A DNA stretch of 64,000 bases from Pachysolen tannophilus NRRL Y-2460 (lineage: Eukaryota). Below, in pieces: positions 23,287 to 37,635 of the stretch. Location of the stretch: contig KV454013.1 of assembly GCA_001661245.1 (NCBI GenBank), forward strand, positions 563,981-627,980. Direction: 5' to 3'. The number at the start of each line of letters is the position of its first letter. The stretch's first letter is position 1. The notes beneath the pieces were generated by a model that had not been told where the DNA came from, did not search any database, and was given only the letters and a program-made list of their open reading frames with translations. A program made the translations under genes and the position numbers.

Positions 23287-23293
23287 TCGTATA
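23287..23293 (+). promoter_or_regulatory. Putative sterol regulatory element (Upc2/Ecm22) TCGTATA
   Basis: Exact SRE core about 210 bp upstream of CYB5, preceded by two more CTCTCGT units. Confidence 0.5.
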
Positions 23294-23503
23294 GTAATAA
23301 ATTAATAGCTTTAAAAGGGGAAAAAATTTCACCAAATTTTTTTTTTTTTTGTTGGCGTCTTTTTTTCCGTTGAGTTAGTTTTTATTAATTATCTCTCTTT
23401 TTATATTTATTATTAAAGATATAAAATTACAGAGTAATTCTATAATTAATAGAAGAGAAGGTAACCGGGGGAAAGAAATAGTAAAAAAAAAGAAAGAAAG
23501 ATC

Positions 23504-23872
23504 ATGTCTAAAGTATATACATTTGATGAGATCGAACAACACAATACTAGAGATGATCTTTGGTTAGTTATCGAGGGAAAAGTTTATGATTGTTCAAATT
23601 ATATTGATGAACATCCAGGTGGTGAAGAAGTTATTGTTGATTGTGCTGGTACCGATGCTACTGAGGCTTTTGAAGATATTGGTCATTCCGAGGATGCTAG
23701 AGATATTTTAAAAGGTTTACATATTGGTGATCTTGATCCAAGTTCAAAACCAACAACTTCTTCAAAATCAAATTCATCTACTGATGATTCATCAGCAACA
23801 AACCCAATCTTTTTAATAATTGCTGCTGTGGTTGCATTGGCTGCCGCAGCATACTTTGTTTTGAATAAATAA
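23504..23872 (+). CDS. CYB5: Cytochrome b5
   Basis: EHPGGEEV and DATEAFEDIGHS heme-binding motifs with a C-terminal tail anchor. Confidence 0.96.
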   Translation: MSKVYTFDEIEQHNTRDDLWLVIEGKVYDCSNYIDEHPGGEEVIVDCAGTDATEAFEDIGHSEDARDILKGLHIGDLDPSSKPTTSSKSNSSTDDSSATNPIFLIIAAVVALAAAAYFVLNK

Positions 23873-24441
23873 TTAAAATAACAAAATTAAAAAAAAAAAA
23901 AAAAAAAAGATAGAAAAAATAGGTGCTACCAAGAGAGAGAGAGAAAGAGAAAAAATTTACATTTGATACTAGCTGCTTTTTATTTTTTATTTTTCATTTT
24001 GACAACAAAACTGTTTATGATAATACGGCGCAAGAGGATGAAACTATTTATTCTTTTTTTTTTTTTTTTTATTCTTATTATAAATATATATATATTGTTG
24101 TTGTTGATATTGTTGCTGCTAATTCTAGATTTTTTATTTTTTTTTTTTCATCTCATTATTAGAGTCTTTTTCTATCATTCTATTATATAATTTGTTTCTT
24201 GTTTGTTTAGTTTATATATATCTTTATTTATTTATTTAATTATCATATCATTTTAAAAATAAAAACGGTAATTTTTTATTAATAAAAACGTCAAAAAAAT
24301 AAAAGAAAAAGAAAATGGAAAATTGTACAAAAAATAAATAATTTAATAAAAAATATTGAAAACTTCTATTAAATTATTAGTAATAAGAATATATTAAAAG
24401 TATCTTTCTTTTTTTTTTTAAAAGTAATTTGAATTAGAAGA

Positions 24442-26343
24442 ATGAGTGAATTCACTGCTAGGAAAACTTTAGCTCATATTTTAGAAGGAAATACAGATGT
24501 AATTACAGATCAATTTGATGATAATTTATCAGATGTTGAAGTAGAGGAAGATGAATTTTTAAATAATTCAAATCCAAATTTTTGTATTGAATGTAAAGAT
24601 ATGCCAAGAGAAATTCATTGTATTGATTGTGATGAAAATTTTTGTAAAGCTTGTTTTAATTTGATTCATAGAAATGGTAAGAGAAAAGATCATAAATCGG
24701 AACATGTGGGAAATGATTTAATTTTAAATGATGACAATGGCAATAATGTGAAAAAAATTGGTAGTACTAGTAATGATGATGATATTGGAACTAGTAATCC
24801 TAATTCTAATGGTAATAACAATAACAATATTGATGGTACTCTGAGTTTTGTTAATAATGATGCAGGTATGGATTTGGATCCGGTATCAATAGTACCGGGT
24901 TCAGCAAATGAAACCATCGAAAGAACTATCATGAATGGAATTAAAAGACAAATTAAATATATCCCATTAAGACTTACCCCGGAAGAAAGACAATTACTTA
25001 GATTATTAGAAGCAGCTTTGAATGTCTCGGAATATACTGATAGAGTTGATATCTTTTCTTATAAATCAAAAGCTAAGAGAATTGTAGAACAATTAAAGGA
25101 AATATGTTCAATATTAGCTGGATTGGTTGTTGCATCAAATTTAAAAATTGGACAAGAATTAATTGAAAATAAAAATTTTGAAGATAATTCAGATTGGTAT
25201 CAATCCGTTTTCGAAATTGGTAGAAGATATAAGATTATGAATCCTGAAAAAATGCGTGATACATTTGGTAAATTGATGTATATGGTTATGGATTCAAGAT
25301 TACCTGAAATTAAAAATCATATGGAATTTGATTTATATAAACCAATAAAAACTGTTTACTCATATTTAAACTCTAAAGAAGATAAGAAAAGTTTAAATAT
25401 GTTTGATGATATATTAATAGTTAATGCTACAGCAGAAATTTCACCTCAGGGAAAATCTAGAAATCAAATAAACAGAGAAATCAAATTAAAAGAAAGTGCA
25501 ATTGAAACCATTAGTAATCGTTATTCTTCTTCAAATGGATTTTCCAAGGAAGAAATTAAACAAGTTTTATATTCAATTGGTGATTTTAATGCATATACAA
25601 ATTCTAATAGAAAACCAATATTAAGAATGTTAACTAAATTAGAAAAATTCCCTGCAGAAAGTGTAAAATCAGGTAAAAGTTATAACTTAGGAATCATGTT
25701 TGGAATTAAAGGTTCTAGATTAACACATGATCATTCAAAACAATATCATTATGTTCATCAATCTTTACAATTATGGTCACTTATAATGAGAGAAATGATT
25801 CATTTATGGTACTTGGCAGATGATGACTTGTTAAGTGAATCAAAATATTCATTACAATCAACAGGTCAAGGCCTTAATAGAGTCAAACTGTCACCTCAAG
25901 TATTACGTTATATGCATAAGATTCTTTCGGAATGCCAACAAAATTGTAAAACATGGATTGGTAGCTCTGTTATACATCTTGGAGATTATACAGTACCAAA
26001 TTCGTTATTTTTCTTGGATAAATATATTCAAGTCCCAAGAATACTTATCCCAGTTGACTTATCAATCAGTAAGATTGAAGAGTTGGCTCAAGATAAATTC
26101 ATTAAAAAATATATTGAAGACCAATTCGGATCAACTCAAGACTTGGAGAAAATCATCTTACAAGATTTCTTCTCTTACGGATTTGATGGCTCAGGAACAA
26201 ATGATTTCTACAGCTCAGGATCTTGTATCGATGGTAGATTGACAAGTGCTTGGAATTGGGCTAATGAAGTAAGTAAAAAACCTTACTACAAATTCTTCTT
26301 ATTATCTGGTTTTATTGGTTTTAACGGAAGTGATGGCTTTTAA
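24442..26343 (+). CDS. UPF0652/DUF2009-family protein with N-terminal B-box-like Zn finger
   Basis: CIEC..C.DC....C..C....H....R..H. Also IPLRLT..ER..LRLLEAALNVSEYTDRVD, EIGRRYKIMNPEKMR, HLGD and GSCIDGRLTSAWNW. Confidence 0.82.
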   Translation: MSEFTARKTLAHILEGNTDVITDQFDDNLSDVEVEEDEFLNNSNPNFCIECKDMPREIHCIDCDENFCKACFNLIHRNGKRKDHKSEHVGNDLILNDDNGNNVKKIGSTSNDDDIGTSNPNSNGNNNNNIDGTLSFVNNDAGMDLDPVSIVPGSANETIERTIMNGIKRQIKYIPLRLTPEERQLLRLLEAALNVSEYTDRVDIFSYKSKAKRIVEQLKEICSILAGLVVASNLKIGQELIENKNFEDNSDWYQSVFEIGRRYKIMNPEKMRDTFGKLMYMVMDSRLPEIKNHMEFDLYKPIKTVYSYLNSKEDKKSLNMFDDILIVNATAEISPQGKSRNQINREIKLKESAIETISNRYSSSNGFSKEEIKQVLYSIGDFNAYTNSNRKPILRMLTKLEKFPAESVKSGKSYNLGIMFGIKGSRLTHDHSKQYHYVHQSLQLWSLIMREMIHLWYLADDDLLSESKYSLQSTGQGLNRVKLSPQVLRYMHKILSECQQNCKTWIGSSVIHLGDYTVPNSLFFLDKYIQVPRILIPVDLSISKIEELAQDKFIKKYIEDQFGSTQDLEKIILQDFFSYGFDGSGTNDFYSSGSCIDGRLTSAWNWANEVSKKPYYKFFLLSGFIGFNGSDGF

Positions 26344-26661
26344 ATCGTTTTAATCACCTTACACATCTTTCTATATATAGTTTCAACCTGTTCGAAATAA
26401 ATTTTATATACCATTAACCCCATCTTTTAAACTTCAATTTGTACTTCAATTTTTCAGCTGTTTCTTGATTTTTGTTAAGAATTTTTTTCATTTTTTCAAT
26501 TTTTTTTTTTTTTTTTTTTTGATGTATTTTTGCGTTATTGTGAAATTACTACAAAAATTAAATCAAAACAGTAATATTAATAATTATTATTAATAATAAT
26601 AGTAATAATAATAGCAGTTAATAAATAAATCGCAGAGGATATTGGTATTTATTTTAAGAGG

Positions 26662-29019
26662 ATGAATTTTTTGTCAAAGACCCTTGGGTCGTTAACAGGG
26701 AGTAGTATTCCTTATACTTTAGGTGAAAAAGTGGAATCAAGTTTTATAACAGATCCAAATTCTTATTCGATCTGGAATGTTTATGATGCAGTTAAGAAGG
26801 AAGATTCATTATTTTGTACAGTATTTGAGTTTGATCAGAGGTTACCTCAAAATTCGAAATATATTCCATTTGCTATTAATGCGTGTAAGAAATTGCGTTC
26901 CACAAAGCTTCCTGGTGTGTTGAATACCATAGATACTATCCAAAATGATAGTCACATATATATTATAACAGAAAGAGTCGAACCGTTGTCGAAATATTTA
27001 TTGAAGAACCCATCATTATCAAATGAGATTTTAAAATTTGGTACGTTTACTGTTAGTAGGGCTTTGAGGTTTATCAATTGTGATGCAAAATCTATACATG
27101 GTAATGTTAATATTCACTCTGTATTTGTCAATAACAGTGGTGAATGGAAATTGGGTGGTTTTGAAGTAATGACCAATATCTCTACAGACGGTGTAGATAT
27201 GCTAAGGTTAGCTCATCAATTACCTAGTTTTAATTATAATTTACAACCGCTGGAGTTTGAGAAAAGTGGGACTGATTGTTTAATTAGATCACCTCAAAGT
27301 AGTATCAAGTATGATGCTTTTAAATTAGGATTATTAATTGTACAAATATTCAGTTCTACCAAAATTGGTGATAGTATACTTATTAATCAATTCATTGGGA
27401 AAGTTCCAGTTCAGCTGAATTTCCAAACAAATGTAAAAAAATTATTAAATCAAAGTATTACTTTAAGAATCACAGTTGAAGTTTTTTTCAAAACAGGTTT
27501 AAGCTCTTTTTTCAAAACACCTTTGATTGATTGTTTCTTAAATTTAGAAATGTTAAACGTGAAAGATGCACAAGAAAAATTAGAATTCTTTAATTCTTTA
27601 TCAGATATTACAAGAGATTCTCCTAATGGATTTGTTGAATATAAAATTTTACCAAACTTGATTCAACTTTTCTATTTTACAAGTAACGATGATGCAACTA
27701 ATACTTCAGTGATACTAATAAATATCTTGAAATTCAGTTTGAATTTAAATACAAAAGAATTTAATAATTCAGTGAAACCAATTATTTTGAAATCCTTTAC
27801 AATGGCAGATAGATCTATTAGAATGGCATTATTAACTTCTCTTTCAACTTATATAGAAAAATTCACACAAAATGAAGTTAGTAATCATATTTTCAATAAC
27901 TTACTTACAGGATCCAATGACACAAATCCCAAGATCAGGGAAGAGACCTTGAAAGCTATTATACCAATTGCTCCAAAATTGAGTGATAGGCAACTAAATA
28001 ATGATTTATTAAGATACTTGGCAAAGGCTCAAAATGATACGGTACCAGAAATCAGAACAAACACAGTAATTTGTTTGGGTAAAATTGCACAATACATGAA
28101 TAAAAATTCTAGACCAGGTATTTTGATCACTGCGTTTTCAAAATCTTTAAAGGACCCATTTGTTCCATCACGGCTTTCAGCAATAATGGCATTTGCATCA
28201 TGTATTGATTTTTTTCCACCAGAAATATGTTGTTCTAGAGTTCTCTCTTCAATTGCTCCAAATTTGTTGGATAAATCTTCAAAAGTAAGAATTGAGACGG
28301 GAAAAATTTTTGAATTATACATGGAGAAAATCAGGCTGGAACTGTCGAGTTTACCAGTAGAAGACGATAGCATAATAGAACATGATACGGTAAAGAATGA
28401 AGAATTGAACAATCATATGGTTGAACAGCAAAACTTATCAATGTCTTCGATTGGTTGGAGCACATTGAATCTGTTGTCAAATAAGATAGGAGGAAGTTTA
28501 AGTATCCGGGAAACACCTTTACAATCCCCAGCGTTACAGCAATCTCAAACAGTTGAATCTCTTGGTGGGGGTAATAATAATAATGATGATAATCATGTGG
28601 TTAATAACAATAAGAAACTTTCTTCTTTTGTCATTCAGCCAGAAAGCACATTTGATCCGTGGGAAAATGATAACAGTTTTGCCAACGGTGATGATGCTTG
28701 GGGATATGAAATGCAAGATGACGAAGAACATGTTGAAGAAAGCCCAGAACCTAATATCAACGAAGATAGTTGGGGATTTGGTAGTTCCCCCAAACCGGCA
28801 TCTTCGACATATACAATTAAGGAAAATACCTATAACCATAACGTCAGGAACAATGACAAAGTTACGCTGAAAACACAGGTTAAGACTAAGACAAATGGCA
28901 CTGGTAATGAGGTGAAGAAAAATTCTGGTTTAAAGTTATCAAAAACTTCTAAAAGTACAAAATTAAAATTGGATTTACAAATTGATGGAAATGACGGATG
29001 GGGAGATGGTGAGTGGTAA
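26662..29019 (+). CDS. CEX1: SCY1-like pseudokinase with HEAT repeats
   Basis: SIHGNV...WKLGGFE pseudokinase, LNNDLLRYLAKAQND and IRTNTVICLGK HEAT region, and an acidic Trp-rich tail. Syntenic with TFC7, the Maf-like gene and AZF1. Confidence 0.88.
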   Translation: MNFLSKTLGSLTGSSIPYTLGEKVESSFITDPNSYSIWNVYDAVKKEDSLFCTVFEFDQRLPQNSKYIPFAINACKKLRSTKLPGVLNTIDTIQNDSHIYIITERVEPLSKYLLKNPSLSNEILKFGTFTVSRALRFINCDAKSIHGNVNIHSVFVNNSGEWKLGGFEVMTNISTDGVDMLRLAHQLPSFNYNLQPLEFEKSGTDCLIRSPQSSIKYDAFKLGLLIVQIFSSTKIGDSILINQFIGKVPVQLNFQTNVKKLLNQSITLRITVEVFFKTGLSSFFKTPLIDCFLNLEMLNVKDAQEKLEFFNSLSDITRDSPNGFVEYKILPNLIQLFYFTSNDDATNTSVILINILKFSLNLNTKEFNNSVKPIILKSFTMADRSIRMALLTSLSTYIEKFTQNEVSNHIFNNLLTGSNDTNPKIREETLKAIIPIAPKLSDRQLNNDLLRYLAKAQNDTVPEIRTNTVICLGKIAQYMNKNSRPGILITAFSKSLKDPFVPSRLSAIMAFASCIDFFPPEICCSRVLSSIAPNLLDKSSKVRIETGKIFELYMEKIRLELSSLPVEDDSIIEHDTVKNEELNNHMVEQQNLSMSSIGWSTLNLLSNKIGGSLSIRETPLQSPALQQSQTVESLGGGNNNNDDNHVVNNNKKLSSFVIQPESTFDPWENDNSFANGDDAWGYEMQDDEEHVEESPEPNINEDSWGFGSSPKPASSTYTIKENTYNHNVRNNDKVTLKTQVKTKTNGTGNEVKKNSGLKLSKTSKSTKLKLDLQIDGNDGWGDGEW

Positions 29020-29371
29020 AATCCATTACGTCTTTAAAAAAAATAAAATTTTTTTTTACACTATTTACCGATAAATATAAATATAAATATTCATTCATTG
29101 TATCAGTGATTTGGTTACTTTAGTTTCCATTTTGAAAAAAAAAAAAAAATAATTTGCTTACAATAAATCTATTCAAAAAAATAAAATTGTATAACATCTA
29201 TTAATCAACAAAGCAAATCCAGATATATATAAATCAACAGAACATTAAAAAAGGAGGAAAACAGAGTGATAAATATATATATGTATGTATGTATATAAGC
29301 ACAAACCGAGCAAAACAATAATATTAAAGACTTACCTGATTGAACGGTGAATAGAATTTATGAGTTTTATC

Positions 29372-32088
<2,717 letters not shown>

Positions 32089-32286
32089 CTAATAATTAAC
32101 AAATAAAACAATTAAATTACTTGTTAAAATATACAATAAAAGATATAACAAGGAAAAAAAAAAAAAATTTTTTTTTATTCCTACTTTTATGCATATATTT
32201 ATAGATAAAATTCTTTTTTTAAAAAAGAAAAGAAAAAAAAAAAAATTTTTTTTTCTATTTTTTTTGTCTTTTTTTTAAGCAAAAGC

Positions 32287-32306
32287 TTACCCGGCCGCGC
32301 GATGAG
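32287..32306. promoter_or_regulatory. Reb1-type site TTACCCG and PAC motif GCGATGAG upstream of DBP2
   Basis: Exact consensus matches in a short GC island within AT-rich DNA; typical of ribosome-biogenesis promoters. Confidence 0.7.
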
Positions 32307-32511
32307 ATGGGATTTTTGATGGAAAAGCGGAAAAAAGAAAAAAAGAAGTGCATAAAAAATTGGAAAAACAAATTAGCAACGTAACAAAGAAAAGTGCTAA
32401 AGTTTCTACTTTATTTACACTACTTTTGTTAAATTTTTCACTTTTAATTTATATACATTTTAATTAATTCTCTATATAAAAACTATACTATACTATATTA
32501 AAAAGTTATTT

Positions 32512-32916
32512 TTATGGTTCTTCTGTTGCAAAATTTCCTTCTGAAATTTTTTCACTAAATTTATCTTCTACATGTGTACATAAATCCACCAAATCATCTA
32601 ATCCTTTATGTAAAGCTTGTACTGCCGTTGTATCTCCATAAGTTTGAATTCTAATATTTAATTTTGATTCTGAAGGATGAGGTATAGAATACCCACAAAA
32701 TTCCACTCCAGGATTCTTCATGATCATATACCTCAAAGCGTTTCCTAAAGTATGATCTTCATCAACTATTTGAAAAGAAGCAGCAGTACCATCTGAAGAT
32801 GCCCCAGGAAGCATCTTTATCTTTTCAGTATCGAGTTCACTTAATTCACTATCCACTTCCACAGCTTCCTCACCTTCATTTGTCATCGATTGATCAACTA
32901 TTTCTTCCTCACCCAT
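32512..32916 (-). CDS. RPC19: RNA polymerase I/III subunit AC19
   Basis: EDHTLGNALRYMIMKNPGVEFCGYSIPHPSE. First ATG at 32916. Confidence 0.95.
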   Translation of the reverse strand: MGEEEIVDQSMTNEGEEAVEVDSELSELDTEKIKMLPGASSDGTAASFQIVDEDHTLGNALRYMIMKNPGVEFCGYSIPHPSESKLNIRIQTYGDTTAVQALHKGLDDLVDLCTHVEDKFSEKISEGNFATEEP

Positions 32917-33722
32917 TATATTTTTTTTAAAAAATAATAAACTAATACTTTTTTTTATTTTTTCTAATTTCACTCAAATATAAATAATTCTCTCTGTTTT
33001 TTTATATATTCATATAAAATTACTTTATACCTTTAAAAAAAATTTTAACCTAGCTTAATTAATAAAAATGTACAGAAATGGGCAAAAAAATTAAAAAAAA
33101 AAATTGGTCAAAAAAAGTCGTGCGCGGAAACCGCAAATCTGTCAACCATCGAATTCCAAAATATTATTTTATTTTATATATATTAATGTAGATCTTATTA
33201 TAATAAATAATAATATATATATATATATATATTATTATTATTATTATTTTTTTATATATTAGATAAATTGTTGAATCAATTATTTAAATTTTAAAATTTA
33301 AATTTGCTCCTTAATTTTATCATCATCATAATTCATTATTAATTTTCCATCATCATTAAGTTTCCCCTTTTTTTTAAAATTTTTTTAAAAAAAAAAAAAA
33401 GCTATATCAACAAGCTATTAAAAATTTAAAAATTTAAAAAAAAAACAAAAAAAACAAAAATTTTTGGGTTTTTTTTTTTTTTTAATTTTTAAATTTTAAT
33501 TTTTTTTTGTTTTTGGACTTGTAACTACCTGGTTAGATTAGAAAGCTTTTTTTAACAGAAAATAATTGAAGCATATAGTTGTAATCAATTAGTGTTGATT
33601 TGAGAAAAAGGAAGAATTATATTACATATATATACAAAGGTTAAGAAGTTGTTAGTTAGTGTATGTATAAAATTTTATTAATAGGAGAATAAGGGTAAGA
33701 ATACAAGGTTGTGAAGTGAGAA

Positions 33723-36425
33723 ATGTATAACAAGTCGTCATCAAATCAGAGCAGTAATCCAAATACGAATAATCCCAACACTTCGGACGCCCCTTCAAGT
33801 TATATTCGTTTGGGTTCTATATCTGAAGATGGTACGTTCAACTTATCAAGAAGGTCATCTTACCTTATTCCTTTATTACGTGACGGGAGTATAGTTGAAC
33901 ATCCAAACATGCTTGTCGGTGGTGGTGGTGGCGGCGGTAGTAATAGCCATGGCGGTGTGGGAGGTGACGATAATGGGAATGGAAACGGGAGTGGGAGTGG
34001 GAGTGGAAGCGGGAACGGGAATGGGAATGGGAACAGGCCTTTAGTTCTCCGTAGTGGAGAGTCAATAAGTCAATATTTTACAGGGTTTAATTCCGCTAGA
34101 AGTTCTATTGACTCGCAATATAACCCTCAAGGTGGGAACCAATTAAATAACAATAATGAAAACAATAATAATAATAATAATAATAATAATAATCATCATG
34201 GGAACAATAATATTGGTTATTCAACAACAACAAATGAAGATTTTAACAATAGAACTTATTCTATTGGTAATAATAGTAGTAATGGAGGTAGTTATTATGA
34301 TTACCCTTCTTCAAAAGATGATAAATCAGAAACAACCCCTGATCAACTTTTTAATAGGAGAAATAGTGAACTGTTGGAACCTTTTATTCCAAGCCGGTCT
34401 AGAGCAAATAGTTATTTCAACAAACCAAGACAGTTGAGTATCTTACCATCAGCATCACTAAATGATACCCAAAGTGATTTTGATAATTTCTTGAAAAGAG
34501 ATTCAAATAAAGGGTTAATGAATGATCAAGGAGACTTATTGGATCATATCCCATTTAGTAATAATGAACATGATCAATCTGTGCCTAGAGATATTAACCA
34601 TTTAAGGATGAACAGTAGTGGTAATGGATTATATTTACCAATGAGTGGAACAAGATATTCCCTAGGTGGGCCTGGTTTTGTTCCGGTTCCTGCAAATAAT
34701 ATTAATACCAATAATAATAATAATAATAATAATAATAAGAATAATACTCATAATGGAGGACCAATCTATGATCATCACTATCATCATCATCAACAACATC
34801 ATCCTCATTCTCATCCTCAGAATCAAAATAATATTCCTAATAATGCCGATCAGAAGTATGAAGTACCTTCCCAACATATGGAGGAACATCATCAACAGGA
34901 GTCAAAGGCTGATACTTCACCAAAGAGAACTGGTAAGAAAAGTAAACAATCTACGAAAGGTGGTGCTGGTTATAAATCTGGACAGAATGATAATAATAAC
35001 AATATTGATAGTCCTAGTTCAAATTATGTATATCCAAACAAATCAGAACAAATTGATAACCACAATAATAATAATAACAATAATAAGGTGGGAGAAGTCA
35101 GAGATATCAATTATAGTTCTATGCCAGATATTAAACCCGTCCAGTTACCAAGTCTTAGAAGGAATGCAGTTGCTACTGAAAATGAAAGTTCTGCTCTGAC
35201 TCCAAACATGTCTAATAATGCCAATATTCCTTCTATTAATCAAATTTTTAGTAATCAACAACTGCAGCAACAGCATCTGCAGCAGCATTTGCACCATCAT
35301 CCTCATCTGCAGCAACAACCACTGCAAAACAGTAATAATAATGGTGCTAATAATAATGATAACCCTTATTATCAATTTCAACAACCACCTCATTCCTACC
35401 CTAATACACCACAGGTAGGAATGACGAACAATAACAATAATTCAAGGGCTTATGGAAATACTTCAAATGTTCCACATCAACAGTTAGGATTAGCTCAGGA
35501 GGTAATGCATGCCGAAGATGGTAGACCTTTATTAGGAGCCACAAAAGTTGATCAGTTGATGTTGGTCATCCAGGCTAGAAACAAGGGTATTACAAAATCA
35601 ATTCCTAGAACTGAGGATGGTTCAATATTGAATGATTCAAAAAGTGGACAATCTGTTATTCCACAACCAATTGATTTGGTTGGTGGTGTTGAAAAACATA
35701 CAATTTCACATTCAAAAAATCATCAATGTCAATACTGTCTTAAGAAATTTACCCAATCAACACATTTGGAAGTACATGTTCGAAGTCACATAGGTTTGAA
35801 ACCTTATTCATGCGATTTTTGTGATAAGAAATTTACTCAAGGCGGTAATCTCAGAACACATTTGAGATTACATACTGGTGAACGTCCTTTTAAGTGTGAC
35901 GTTTGTAACAGATTATTTTCAAGAAAGGGTAATTTACAAGCTCATAAGTTAACACATGAAAATTTAAAACCATATGAATGTAGGTTGGATAATTGTAATA
36001 AATCATTCACACAATTGGGTAATTTGAAAGCTCATCAAAATAGATTCCATTTAGAGACTTTAAATAATCTAACCAAGAAATTGGCAGATTTGGACGCTGA
36101 TGATGAAATGAGTGGAGATATCTTTGATAGAATTGAAAATTTACCTGAGCATGAGAGAGACTTGTTAACTTATTTTACTCAAACTTATAAAAACTTGAAT
36201 CGTGGAATTAGAGGTAGAGGTAAGAAATTGACGGATGACCAATTAAGAGATCTACATCAACATGGTAGTGAAAGCAATTTAGTTGCAGATCAAAATAATA
36301 ATGCGTCCGTGCATCAGCACCAACACCAACACCAACATCAACAACAACATGAACATCAACATCAACATCAACATCATCCTCAATTACAACAACATCTGCA
36401 GACTTATAATCAACAGTCCTGGTAA
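33723..36425 (+). CDS. AZF1: Asn/Gln-rich C2H2 zinc-finger transcription factor
   Basis: Four C2H2 fingers (FTQSTHLEVHVRSH, FTQGGNLRTH, FSRKGNL, FTQLGNLKAHQNRFH), the KVDQLMLVIQAR block and poly-N tracts. Confidence 0.9.
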   Translation: MYNKSSSNQSSNPNTNNPNTSDAPSSYIRLGSISEDGTFNLSRRSSYLIPLLRDGSIVEHPNMLVGGGGGGGSNSHGGVGGDDNGNGNGSGSGSGSGNGNGNGNRPLVLRSGESISQYFTGFNSARSSIDSQYNPQGGNQLNNNNENNNNNNNNNNNHHGNNNIGYSTTTNEDFNNRTYSIGNNSSNGGSYYDYPSSKDDKSETTPDQLFNRRNSELLEPFIPSRSRANSYFNKPRQLSILPSASLNDTQSDFDNFLKRDSNKGLMNDQGDLLDHIPFSNNEHDQSVPRDINHLRMNSSGNGLYLPMSGTRYSLGGPGFVPVPANNINTNNNNNNNNNKNNTHNGGPIYDHHYHHHQQHHPHSHPQNQNNIPNNADQKYEVPSQHMEEHHQQESKADTSPKRTGKKSKQSTKGGAGYKSGQNDNNNNIDSPSSNYVYPNKSEQIDNHNNNNNNNKVGEVRDINYSSMPDIKPVQLPSLRRNAVATENESSALTPNMSNNANIPSINQIFSNQQLQQQHLQQHLHHHPHLQQQPLQNSNNNGANNNDNPYYQFQQPPHSYPNTPQVGMTNNNNNSRAYGNTSNVPHQQLGLAQEVMHAEDGRPLLGATKVDQLMLVIQARNKGITKSIPRTEDGSILNDSKSGQSVIPQPIDLVGGVEKHTISHSKNHQCQYCLKKFTQSTHLEVHVRSHIGLKPYSCDFCDKKFTQGGNLRTHLRLHTGERPFKCDVCNRLFSRKGNLQAHKLTHENLKPYECRLDNCNKSFTQLGNLKAHQNRFHLETLNNLTKKLADLDADDEMSGDIFDRIENLPEHERDLLTYFTQTYKNLNRGIRGRGKKLTDDQLRDLHQHGSESNLVADQNNNASVHQHQHQHQHQQQHEHQHQHQHHPQLQQHLQTYNQQSW

Positions 36426-37635
36426 TAAATCTGGATAGGTATGGAATTTTTTGTTTTTGTTTTTGCTTTTTCCCTTTTTTTTTTTTTTTTTTTGGTTTTT
36501 CCTTTGGTTTTTGGTTTTTTCATATTTACTTATTACTACTAACGATGTAAAGGCGATGATTATTGATTAATTCATTTGTCAAAGTAATGTTTACAATACT
36601 TATTTTGTTACTATTATTCAGATATTTTTACTTTTTATGTTATGTTCTCTTTTTTTTGTCTCGTGTCACTTAATTGTTCAAGTCTTCACATGGCATGTGA
36701 CAATTCTCATTTAGTTCTTTGTTGTATCCACCGTGTATTATTTTTTTTTTTTTTTTTGTACAGTTATTTGCAAAGAGCTGTGTTTTTTGTATTATCTTTT
36801 ATCTATAAATTTGACTATGTTATTAACGTAATTAGAAACGTGTATTTGATCTATATCTCAAACGTTATTCTGATTGGTATTAATTGTATTGATGCCACGC
36901 GAAGAGAAACAAGACAGACTCACACGCATTAAGTTCATGAACTTTTTTTCAAAAAATTTCTTCCATAAGAACCGTGCTGGACCGTGCGTCACATCCAGTA
37001 ACCAGTCTTTTACAAAAATATGATAAGCGAGAAGATTTAAAAATAATTGTTTTTTTTTGTTTTCACTATTTCTCTGTAAGAGCACGTTCCTATAAAAGAT
37101 TGTTGGCTTTTTTTATTTAGGTGATGTTTTTTTGCATATGACAGACATTATTCGTTATTGCATACCTTATTTAAATTGTTCTTTTCTTTTTCAATAGTAA
37201 TAATATAATAGTAGATTTAAAAATTTTCAACTTAAAAATAGGCGAAAACAACTTTTCACATATATCCGTGGGCTCGCTGGGAACCTTCTTTAGATATATA
37301 GTTAATCAGTATAGTTCTTATCAATCAATCAAGGTATCAATTATTCTCTTATCTTTTCAGCTTTATTTAGTACTTAATTTTTTTCAGCAAAAAGATCCTG
37401 CATTATTATGCAGCTCTCTACAGGAAACTTGGGTTTTTGCCCGAAGCACAGTTGTACGGTGAAAAGATGTTGAGAGGTACCAGATAAGTAGAGGTAAGTA
37501 TAAGTATTAATTGGTAAGAAATATAGTAATGGTATATAATAGTGTAATATCCTGTTCTTTCAAGAAATAAAAATAAAAATAAGGGGAAAAAAAAAGGACA
37601 AGAAAGAAAAAAATATACATTATTTATTATACGAA

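Noticed and set aside
34156..35418. Ile-rich alternative-frame ORFs in AZF1, and similar shadow ORFs in other genes
   Set aside because: Frame shadows of AAT repeats and antisense codon bias.
37260..37635. Possible TPP riboswitch or 5' UTR intron before the MFS transporter
   Set aside because: No CTGAGA or ACCTGAT aptamer core. A GTAAGT near 37495 has no convincing branch site.
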